From an uncultured Chloroflexia bacterium (GTDB taxonomy: Bacteria > Chloroflexota > Anaerolineae > Anaerolineales > UBA4823), in NCBI GenBank assembly GCA_963827155.1, contig CAWGZV010000002.1, positions 2,689,592 through 2,753,591 on the forward strand: a DNA stretch of 64,000 bases. Direction: 5' to 3'. Below the pieces are notes generated by a model. That model saw nothing but the letters and a program-made list of their open reading frames with translations, was not told where the DNA came from and ran no database searches. The position numbers and the translations under genes were made by a program. Each line of letters starts with the position of its first letter. The stretch's first letter is position 1. Shown in pieces: positions 9,054-17,525 of this stretch.

Positions 9054-10448
9054 TTGACCCAATCAACACTGAGATCTAGCCTTGAAAAAATTGTGGGATT
9101 TTTCGGCGACAGGATCTACCTGAGCGAGCTGTTCCGATTCGCACTGCCGATCGCGCTCCAAAATTTGATCATGTCCTCCTTAAATATGGTGGGGGTGATC
9201 ATGATTGGCCAGCTTGGTGAAACACCGCTTGCTGCCGTTGGTCTGGCAAACCAGATCTTTTTCCTGCTGCAGCTCGTCCTGTTTGGGATTAACAGCGGCG
9301 CAGCGATGTTTACAGCCCAACTTTGGGGGAAGCAAGATGTCCTCAACATCCGACGGGTTATAAGCCTTGGTCTTATGATGGGCATGACCGCAGGGGTAAT
9401 CTTCCTCAGCATTGCCCTGCTCGGTCCAGAACTGGCAATGAGGATTTACAGCAAGGACCCAGAAGTTATCGCATTAGGCAGCGAATACCTGCGGATATTT
9501 GGGTGGGCATTTCTGTTTGTCCCGATCACTTTTCTTTTTTCAATGGTGCTGCGCAGCATTGGAGAAGTGAAGCTGCCAATGCTGGTGAGCACGATTGCGC
9601 TAGTATTCAACATGCTTGCCAGCTATGCCCTGATTTTTGGAAAATTTGGGCTGCCTGCTCTCGAAGTAAGCGGCGCAGCGATTGCTGGGCTGACAGCAAG
9701 GATACTGGAATGCGTGATCCTGCTGGGGATCATTTACCTGCGAAGACTCCCGATCGCGCTGAAGGCGAATGATTTTCTCACATTGAACCTCTCATTCGCC
9801 GGGAATGTCTTCAGACCAATCCTTCCGGTGATACTCAATGAGACTTTCTGGTCATTAGGGGCAACGGCGTACAACGTTGTCTATGCCCGGATCAGCACGG
9901 AAGCGATAGCGGCGGTAAACATCGTCGCGACGATCGATAATATGGCATTCGTACTGGTTTGGGGAATTTCACACGCTACGGCGATCATGGTCGGAAATCG
10001 GATCGGAGCAGGTGAAGAAGACCGGGCGCTGCTCTATGCAAAACGCTCGATTGTTCTCGGCATCCTGATTGGGATGCTGATCGGTGGGATGGTTTTCCTC
10101 CTATCGGATAATATTCTTGGGCTGTATCAGGTCGATCCAGTGGTGATCTACTATGCAAGCCGGATGCTGGCGATATTAGGCTTGTTCGTGTGGGTGCGGG
10201 GTGTGAACTCCATCATTATCATTGGGACGCTTCGAAGCGGGGGAGACACGCTTTTTTCCTTCTTCCTGGATGGGGTCGTTATCTGGGTGGTTGGCGTACC
10301 AACCGCGTTCTTCACAGCTTTTGTGCTCGACCTGCAAGTGTATTGGGTTTATCTTGCGATTATGTCCGAAGAGATTGTGAAATTCATTATTGGGCTATGG
10401 CGGGTTTATTCTCGCAAGTGGATTCACAACCTTACGCGTACCGTATAA
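9054..10448 (+). CDS. MATE family efflux transporter
   Basis: 464-aa ORF with about 12 predicted TM segments. N-terminus ELFRFALPIALQNLIMSSLNMVGVIMIGQLGETPLAAVGLANQIFFL is typical of MATE (NorM/DinF). Confidence 0.8.
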   Translation: MTQSTLRSSLEKIVGFFGDRIYLSELFRFALPIALQNLIMSSLNMVGVIMIGQLGETPLAAVGLANQIFFLLQLVLFGINSGAAMFTAQLWGKQDVLNIRRVISLGLMMGMTAGVIFLSIALLGPELAMRIYSKDPEVIALGSEYLRIFGWAFLFVPITFLFSMVLRSIGEVKLPMLVSTIALVFNMLASYALIFGKFGLPALEVSGAAIAGLTARILECVILLGIIYLRRLPIALKANDFLTLNLSFAGNVFRPILPVILNETFWSLGATAYNVVYARISTEAIAAVNIVATIDNMAFVLVWGISHATAIMVGNRIGAGEEDRALLYAKRSIVLGILIGMLIGGMVFLLSDNILGLYQVDPVVIYYASRMLAILGLFVWVRGVNSIIIIGTLRSGGDTLFSFFLDGVVIWVVGVPTAFFTAFVLDLQVYWVYLAIMSEEIVKFIIGLWRVYSRKWIHNLTRTV

Positions 10449-10457
10449 TATCGATTC

Positions 10458-11585
10458 ATGCGGCCTACATTTTTTCATCACCTGCATCCCCCAAGCATCC
10501 CTGCGGCTCAAGCACGCCTGCGATATACATTAGGGGCAGGCGGGATTTCATTCTTTTTGTTTTTTGTGGTGATGCTGAGCGGCGTTCTGGAATTATTCTA
10601 CTACATCCCCACTCCTGAACAAGCGGCACTGAGTGTTCAAACCATCACGTACCTGGTCCCGTTTGGAGGTTTCGTACGCAACCTCCACTATTGGTCAGCT
10701 CAGCTGCTGGTATTGGCGGTTGTGCTGCACGGGGCTCGGGTGATCCTCAGCGGGGCTTACGGACCGCCACGCCGATTAAATTATCTGATCGGCTTCGGAC
10801 TTCTGGTTTTATGTCTGGTGCTTGATTTCAGCGGCTATCTGCTGCGCTGGGACCAGGGCGTCCAATGGGCGATCGCGGCGGGAACTAACCTGCTGCGGAG
10901 CATTCCCCTGGCAGGGGATTGGTTTTATCGATTGGCGGTTGGCAGCAACTCGCTTAAATCCGGCATTCTCGGAGGGGCTGCTCTGGTGCGTTTTTACGGC
11001 TGGCATATTTTTGGGCTGGCCCTTCCGGCGGTGATTTTCACAGGATGGCACATTTTCAGGATACGAAGAGACGGCGGGATTGCAGCTCCGCCGATTGAAC
11101 TTCAAGCTGACCCAATGCGGATCACACGATTTGAGCTGGTGGGCAGAGAAATCGCGGCAGCCCTGATTTGCGGGAGCGTGATTTCCGGATTGGCGGTTTT
11201 TTCCCCAGCACCGATCGCACCGGCAATCCCTTCCGAACAAGGGGCGCTGGCATCTCCAGCTGCTGCACTGACAACCTCGTCAACCTCAAGATCTGACAGC
11301 CAATTCCAGAATGAATTTTCGATGAAGACAGAACCGTATGCGCCCTGGTTCTTTCTATGGATTCAGCAACTGCTAAAATTGGGAAGCCCACTGATTTTTG
11401 GGATCGTCGTCCCGGTGGTTGCGACCCTGCTGATCGCATCAATACCATATATATTCAAGCCGCCACCCCCGCAGGAACTCGGTCGCTGGCTTCCACCTTC
11501 GGGGCGTGCGGCACAAGTTTTGCTGCTTCTCATAGCGATGGCAATATTCATCCTGACGGTTATTGCCCGGTTTTCTCCCAATTAA
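10458..11585 (+). CDS. Cytochrome b (fused N- and C-terminal cytochrome b/b6 domains)
   Basis: RNLHYWSAQLLVLAVVLHGARV and GWHIFGLALPAVIFTGWHIFRIRRDG supply the haem-ligand His pairs. A C-terminal PWFFLWIQQLLK block corresponds to the PEWY-region equivalent. Confidence 0.8.
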   Translation: MRPTFFHHLHPPSIPAAQARLRYTLGAGGISFFLFFVVMLSGVLELFYYIPTPEQAALSVQTITYLVPFGGFVRNLHYWSAQLLVLAVVLHGARVILSGAYGPPRRLNYLIGFGLLVLCLVLDFSGYLLRWDQGVQWAIAAGTNLLRSIPLAGDWFYRLAVGSNSLKSGILGGAALVRFYGWHIFGLALPAVIFTGWHIFRIRRDGGIAAPPIELQADPMRITRFELVGREIAAALICGSVISGLAVFSPAPIAPAIPSEQGALASPAAALTTSSTSRSDSQFQNEFSMKTEPYAPWFFLWIQQLLKLGSPLIFGIVVPVVATLLIASIPYIFKPPPPQELGRWLPPSGRAAQVLLLLIAMAIFILTVIARFSPN

Positions 11586-11589
11586 GGAT

Positions 11590-12904
11590 ATGTCACGCGG
11601 CGCTGCTCTCGCATCCATTGCCTTACTGTTCATCCTGATCACTGCAGGCTGGTTTATCAGCCGACGTCCAGAGCCGGTGGCGCTGACGCCGGCATTGAGC
11701 GGAAACGAGGAATACTGCCTGACCTGCCATTCGGACCTACCAGAGATCAGCGCTGCGCATCCGATCGAGACATTCGGCTGTGTGATCTGCCACGGCGGTG
11801 AACGGCTGGCGCTGGATGCGGACCTCGCGCACAGCACGATGCGCGGCGGGCGGAATCCATCCGATTTTAAGGTAGTTGAGGTTTCCTGCGGCGGGCAAGA
11901 CTGCCACAGCGGCCCGGAGCATGCCGAACGAGACCACATCCAGCGGGTGCTCCGAAACGTACAGGGGACCTACGCCGGCGCGATCGCGAGCATTCGCTTT
12001 ACATTCGGGGCACAACCCGTTGAAAAAGCGCTGCAAGGGATTTATGCCGTAGAAAACCCAGATTATCACGTGGGCGACGCAGGAGTCCCCAAGACTCGAG
12101 GCATTCGACGCGGCACAAGATAAATCGCCAAAAATCCAGGAGTTCTCGACGAACTGCCTTTTCTGCCATCTCTCGGCCCAAGCTCCTACGATTGGCGAGT
12201 TTCAGCCACCTTCAAGTCCGTCCACTGAATCCGCGAAGCCGAAACCCGGTTCAACCTCGCCAGAGCTTGCCCGACTTACCGGCTGTGCGGCCTGTCATAC
12301 CCCAAGCGCTGGGATGGACCTGGATCAGCCGCTACACCAGCTGACGACGGCCATTAGCTATACGCAATGCAACACCTGTCACAACCGCGGCAACTATGAT
12401 TTACGCATGATGAAATTTATCCCACGCACAGACCACCCATCCAGCCGGTTAGAGGACTACTACCAACCGATCTCACAATTCGTCCGCTGTGAATGGACGC
12501 TGGATTGCATCGACTGCCATACCCGGATGGAAGCAATGGGGAACGGCAGCATCCCAAGTAATAAGAAGGAAGCGCAGTATATACGCTGCTCAACCTGCCA
12601 TGGGACACTGGAAGAGCTGCCAAAATTTTATGAAATTCAAAACGCGGATGACATCGCCTTAAGGCTGGCGTTTTTAAACCCGATCCTGGCGCTGCAGGTC
12701 GGAGATAAGGTATTGGCAAGCGATAAAGTCGAGCCGCTCTGGAATACACGGCTGCTGTCAGACGGCGAATATGAGCTTGTCGGTAAGGCTACGGGTCAGC
12801 GCTTCAAATTCCGGGCTGTGATGGGCAGCGGATGCCTGCAGAAACTCGATGAGCAGAAAATCACGATACTGCCACGCCTGTCACGCGGTCGATCGTCAGG
12901 CTGA
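11590..12904 (+). pseudogene. Membrane-anchored multihaem cytochrome c with 8-9 haem motifs, interrupted by 1-2 frameshifts
   Basis: Motifs seen: CLTCH, CVICH and CGGQDCH (frame 1); CLFCH and CAACH (frame 2, upstream of the first start codon of ORF 12314); CNTCH, CIDCH and CSTCH (ORF 12314); CHACH in a third frame at 12870-12884. The frame 1 to 2 switch lies between 12053 and 12123. The true 3' end may be 12941. Confidence 0.75.
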
Positions 12905-12915
12905 AACGAATGACC

Positions 12916-13875
12916 TTATTTACGGAAAAAGTTTGAGATGAAAAACCAGAGATTTGCCGGACGTTCTGCCAGTCGGCGGACGTAGAAAGGATACCATTCA
13001 GTCCCATAAGGAACATAGATCCTGACGGGATATCCTTGTGCGGCGGTCTCATCCTGCAGATCACGGCGGATTCCATAGAGCATCTGGAACTCAATAGCGG
13101 CTTTTGTCAAGCCGCGTTCTGCCGCATAGTTCTTTGCAAAAGCCAGCCGCTGCGGATCATGCGAGGCGATCGCTGGCAAAGGCGGGATTTTGCCATCAGG
13201 ATTGACAGGCTGCGATTCATGCCGGACCGCTGCGTCGATCATCAGTTTTGTGAGCTGATCGTAATTGGCATCAACATCACTTTTCTTAGGGAATGCAACT
13301 TCTGGGGCCTCTTTATAAGCACCTTTGCACAACCGGATTCGACCGCCTCTGGCAGAGATGCGCCTGAGATCTTCAACACTTCGATAAAGGTAAGCCTGGA
13401 TCACGACTCCGGTATTTGTGAAACCTTCATCAATCATCTGGTCGAAGATCGCAAGCGTCTGATCGACTAATGTTAAATCCTCCATATCGATGCGGACAAA
13501 ATTACCCCGATCTTGAGCGGAGCCAAGGATACGGCGGAGGTTCTGGGCGCACAGCATTGGATCGAGCGCCAGACCAATCTGAGTTAGTTTAATGGAGACA
13601 TTGGCACGCACATCCGATTGGTCAATCGCTTCGATCGCTTTCAAGATATCTTCAACTGCCTGATGGGCTTCATTTTCGTTTGTTGTATGCTCGCCTAAGT
13701 GATCAAGGGTGGCATTGATCCCCTTTTGATTCAATTCCCGAATGGCACGAACAGCGTCGTCGAGCGTTTCACCAGAGATGAAACGGGAAGCTGCTTGCCA
13801 GGCGAAATCCCAGCGAGTCACAATCCGGCGCGCCCAGCTCGCGGTTGAAAGATAAATCAATATCGATCTGAGCAT
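12916..13875 (-). CDS. putA: Proline dehydrogenase (monofunctional PutA-type)
   Basis: 319-aa ORF. FISGETLDDAVRAIRELNQKGINATLDHLGE and the C-terminal YVPYGTEWYPFYVRRLAERPAN are characteristic of proline dehydrogenase. Confidence 0.8.
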   Translation of the reverse strand: MLRSILIYLSTASWARRIVTRWDFAWQAASRFISGETLDDAVRAIRELNQKGINATLDHLGEHTTNENEAHQAVEDILKAIEAIDQSDVRANVSIKLTQIGLALDPMLCAQNLRRILGSAQDRGNFVRIDMEDLTLVDQTLAIFDQMIDEGFTNTGVVIQAYLYRSVEDLRRISARGGRIRLCKGAYKEAPEVAFPKKSDVDANYDQLTKLMIDAAVRHESQPVNPDGKIPPLPAIASHDPQRLAFAKNYAAERGLTKAAIEFQMLYGIRRDLQDETAAQGYPVRIYVPYGTEWYPFYVRRLAERPANLWFFISNFFRK

Positions 13876-13976
13876 GAAAAATCCTCAAGAATCCCAATAA
13901 TCTCGGGATTAATATTATTCTAGCACCCAGATCGATCAAACTCATCTCGCGTACGTCATGCCAAAAGGTTGACAAA

Positions 13977-13992
13977 TGGCATGTTTTTTGCA
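13977..13992 (+). promoter_or_regulatory. Sigma-54 type -24/-12 promoter P1 (TGGCATG-N4-TTGCA)
   Basis: TGGCATGTTTTTTGCA. GG is at 13978-79 and GC at 13990-91, so the G-to-G spacing is 12 nt as in the TGGCACG-N4-TTGCW consensus. Confidence 0.55.
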
Positions 13993-14040
13993 GCGAAGGA
14001 ATATGATAAACGAATCGTCTGCCAGGATTGACTTGAACTC

Positions 14041-14057
14041 TGGCACGATAATTGCAT
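14041..14057 (+). promoter_or_regulatory. Sigma-54 type -24/-12 promoter P2 (TGGCACG-N4-TTGCAT; matches every specified consensus position)
   Basis: TGGCACGATAATTGCAT. The -12 GC is at 14054-55, 39 nt upstream of the rpoN ATG (14094). RBS AAGGAGA is at 14083-14089. Confidence 0.65.
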
Positions 14058-14093
14058 CTGTTCGATTATAATAAAGCCTGATAAGGAGAACAG

Positions 14094-15504
14094 ATGCTCC
14101 TCCAATCCCAAAAGACCTCACTTCGTCAGATCCCTACCGCTCATCTGGCGCAGACAATGACCCTGCTAGAGATGACAAATGATGAGCTGCGCCAAAGGAT
14201 CGAGTCTGCGCTCTCCTCCAATCCAGCGCTTGAACTAATCGAAGATCCCCGCTGCCCACAATGCCACAGACCCTTGCCCTCTTCGGGACCATGCAGCTCA
14301 TGCAGCGCGCCAAATCCGGAGATGCCTGACGAGCCAATCGTATTCCTTTCTCCGCGTCAAGATTTAAACCAGATGGGGAAAGGCATGTCAGACGACGACA
14401 TGCCGGCAGAAGAATGGACCGCGGCAGTCGAAGACCTTCCTACCTATGTCTTGAAACAAATCGCCTCAGAGTTGGCGCTGGATGAACGCGGGATCGCAGC
14501 TCACATCTTAACTGGCCTGGATGATGATGGTTTGTTGAGCGTACCGCTGGTGGAAATTGCCCATTATCACCACGTTCCCATCTCAAAGGTCGCCAAGGTT
14601 CAACGTCTGATCCAGTTTGCAGATCCATTGGGGGTTGGTTCGCGAACGCCGCAAGAAGCGCTGATGGTCCAGCTAGAAGCGCTGAGCGAGACCCGGACGG
14701 TCCCTCCAATGGCGATGAAGTTGATCGATGAGGGCCTGGAACTGTTAAGCCGGAAAGCATACACCGAATTAAGCCGTAAGCTGCACCTCTCAATTAATGT
14801 GATCCTCAAATTGGAAGCCTTCATCAGCGACAACCTTAATCCCTACCCAGCACGAGCACATTGGGGAGAAGCCCAGCAAAGAGTGGAACAAATCCCGACA
14901 TATCGAGAAGCTGACGTAATCATCTCTCAGGCTAACAATGAACCGAACTCGCCCTTGCTGGTGGAGGTCGTTTCTCCATACGCCGGTTTATTGAGGGTCA
15001 ACCCGCTATTTCGAGATGCACTTCGTCAAGCACCTGAAGAACGAAGCAGAGAATGGGAAGAAGTGCATGAGGAAGCGGTTTTATTAGTGAAATGCCTTCA
15101 ACAGAGGAACAACACTCTGGTACGGTTGATGAAAAACCTGGCTTCAATTCAAAGGGAATTCATCTTGTATGGGGACGCCTACATGAAGCCAATCACCCGA
15201 GCAGAGCTTTCAGTCATATTGGATGTGCATGAGTCCACCGTCTCGCGCGGTGGCAGGAAAAGCGGTACAATTGCCAAACAATAAAATCGTGCCGCTGTCA
15301 AAATGGTTCGACCGAAGTCTGAACATTCGAACGGCATTGATGCAAATCATTGCCGAAGAAGCGGAGCCCTTAAACGACACCGAACTGGCAGAGCGGTTGT
15401 TCGAGCAGGGCTTCAATATTGCCAGGAGGACAGTCGCAAAATATCGCTCCATCGAGGGCATATTGCCTGCTCAACTCCGCCAGTCAAACCTGGCTGCGAG
15501 CTAA
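14094..15504 (+). pseudogene. rpoN: RNA polymerase sigma-54 factor RpoN, interrupted by a frameshift between the HTH and the RpoN box
   Basis: ORF 14094-15284 has an RpoN-like N-terminus and ends ..LDVHESTVSRGGRKSGTIAKQ*. ORF 15223-15504, in another frame, carries ..SRAVAGKAVQLPNNKIVPLSKWF.. and the RpoN box ARRTVAKYR. The junction is at the CGCGCG run, 15244-15249. Confidence 0.85.
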
Positions 15505-15521
15505 ATCATCCACAGCTTATT

Positions 15522-17498
15522 ATGAATGAGGGATCTGGTTTCTCGGCGAGAATTCCCTGGCTCAGTCATAAAACCCGTATCGGCGATCTGGAAGATATCC
15601 TGGAATCGCTGCCTCAAGCCGCCCTTTTAATCCAACCTGAAACCTGGCTGATTCGCTACGCCAACTCTAAGACCTTCGACCTGACAAACTTCACGAGCGG
15701 GGAATTGATCGGGGTTGATGCTCGGTCGCTGTTTGCAGATTGGTTCGAACCGATCAATGTCAACAGATCAGGGAGGGCATTCAACAAAAATACGGGGGCA
15801 GCCGGTCTGAAACACCTCATCCGGCGGGACCGGTCCCAGATCCTGACCCGCTTGAATGTCAGCTCGATTAAGAACCTGGCAGATCTTGACCTTCTATACA
15901 TCACAGAAGCGGAACCCACCAATCCGGAACCAGAACGGGGCAGCGGAACGCCATTCTGGAAAAGCTTGAATGAACTGCTTGAAGCAGGAAACGTAACGGA
16001 AATGAAAGATGCGCTTGAAAAGGCGATGAAGTCTGCCGCGGAGCTATCCAGGGCGGAAACCGTCATTATTTACCGCTTGATGGAAGCGGCGCCAGAAATC
16101 CGGATGCTGACCGGAACCGGTGAGCTTTCGCTGCTGCCCGAGTTATTGAATGCCAACGATCTGACTACGTTGAACGAAGCCAGATTATGGGAGACAGGCA
16201 AGCAACCAAGCTGCAGCCTATACAGAGCGGCGCGGGCGAACAGGGTTCGCTTCCTAGCTACTGCGCCTATTGGCGACAAATCAGCGATTGTTGGATTGGT
16301 CTTGCTGGCCGGCAAGCAAAACACCCCGAGCGGGGATGCGGTTGAAATCGCGCGCAGTCTGGCTGCGGTCACAGCATCGATCTTTCACAGCCATATTCAA
16401 CGGATGAATTTACAGAGCGAGCTTGAGCTACGCCGGCAGCAAACAGCACGATACCTGACCATTGCGGAACGGGTGCAAGAAGGGATCATGCAGCTCTCTG
16501 CCGATCTGTACATCAGGGAGATCAATCCTCGCCTCGAGCAAATGCTGGGCTACTCCAATCGAGAGGTGGTTGGACAGGAGGCCGAAAAAATCCTGGTTGG
16601 GAACGACCTGCTCCCAAAGGCTCTGGCGCAAGCCCAAGCGGGGGAATCTGTGCTGACCCTCGGAGAGCTGCGCTTATTTAGAAGAAACGGCGAGCTTTTC
16701 CAGGCGATGGTTAAAGTCTTTCCAATGTTAAACGAAAAGAGCGTCGAAGGGATCCTGGTGTTTATCCAGGACCAGAGCGAGAAGGAGCAAATTCGCCTGC
16801 AAACTGAGGATCTCGAAAATCGGGCTTCGCTGGGGATGTTGATGTCGGTCTTTGCTCACGAGGCACGCAATCCGATCAACAATATAAGCATCGCGCTGCA
16901 AGCTATGGGATCCAATCTGCCTGAAGACGATCCTCGCCAGGACCAGATCGGACGGATGCTGCAGGATTGCGACCGGCTGGCAGAGCTGATCAAGTCGGTG
17001 CTTGGTTATTCAAAACCGATGGAATACACGATGGAACCTCTGGATCTCGGCCCACTGGTAAAACGGCTGGTGGAGTGGCAGCGCGCCAAGCTGAACCACG
17101 CGATGATCCAATGCGAACTGCAACTGGATGAAGACTGCGCCCAGATTTCTGGCAACTCGCGGGCGCTCGAACAGGTGTTTAATAATCTGGTCACCAACGC
17201 TATCCAGGCGATGGAGGGGATGACCGGCGCAGTTACGGTAAAAGTATCCCAAATCCGCTCTGAGGAAGGCCTTCCATACGTGGAGGTCAGCGTGGCTGAT
17301 AACGGACCCGGCATCCCAAAAGAGATCCAGGAAAAGATATTTCAGCCATTTATCACGACCAAACGCAACGGTAACGGGCTTGGTTTATCAATTGCAAAGC
17401 GGATTGTGACCGCCCATAAAGGCAAAATTCGACTAACCAGCTTCCCCGGCGGTACAGTATTCAGGGTGCTGCTGCCAATCCTGGAAGACTACAATTAG
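15522..17498 (+). CDS. Soluble sensor histidine kinase (PAS - GAF-like - PAS - HisKA - HATPase_c), NtrB/AtoS-like
   Basis: H-box SVFAHEARNPINNISIAL, N-box NLVTNAIQAM, G-boxes DNGPGIP and GNGLGLSIAKRIV. No TM segment. The first ATG after the rpoN stop is at 15522; the track start at 15303 overlaps rpoN. Confidence 0.8.
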   Translation: MNEGSGFSARIPWLSHKTRIGDLEDILESLPQAALLIQPETWLIRYANSKTFDLTNFTSGELIGVDARSLFADWFEPINVNRSGRAFNKNTGAAGLKHLIRRDRSQILTRLNVSSIKNLADLDLLYITEAEPTNPEPERGSGTPFWKSLNELLEAGNVTEMKDALEKAMKSAAELSRAETVIIYRLMEAAPEIRMLTGTGELSLLPELLNANDLTTLNEARLWETGKQPSCSLYRAARANRVRFLATAPIGDKSAIVGLVLLAGKQNTPSGDAVEIARSLAAVTASIFHSHIQRMNLQSELELRRQQTARYLTIAERVQEGIMQLSADLYIREINPRLEQMLGYSNREVVGQEAEKILVGNDLLPKALAQAQAGESVLTLGELRLFRRNGELFQAMVKVFPMLNEKSVEGILVFIQDQSEKEQIRLQTEDLENRASLGMLMSVFAHEARNPINNISIALQAMGSNLPEDDPRQDQIGRMLQDCDRLAELIKSVLGYSKPMEYTMEPLDLGPLVKRLVEWQRAKLNHAMIQCELQLDEDCAQISGNSRALEQVFNNLVTNAIQAMEGMTGAVTVKVSQIRSEEGLPYVEVSVADNGPGIPKEIQEKIFQPFITTKRNGNGLGLSIAKRIVTAHKGKIRLTSFPGGTVFRVLLPILEDYN

Positions 17499-17525
17499 CT
17501 ACTCCTGAATTCAAATGAGGTAAGT

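Noticed and set aside
13969-14072. Sigma-70 promoters for rpoN (TTGACA at 13969, TTGACT at 14028, TATGAT at 14002, TATAAT at 14067)
   Set aside because: The -35/-10 spacings are 27 and 33 nt, or 9 nt from TTGCAT. No pair has a 16-19-nt spacer. They may still contribute, but I cannot call a sigma-70 promoter.
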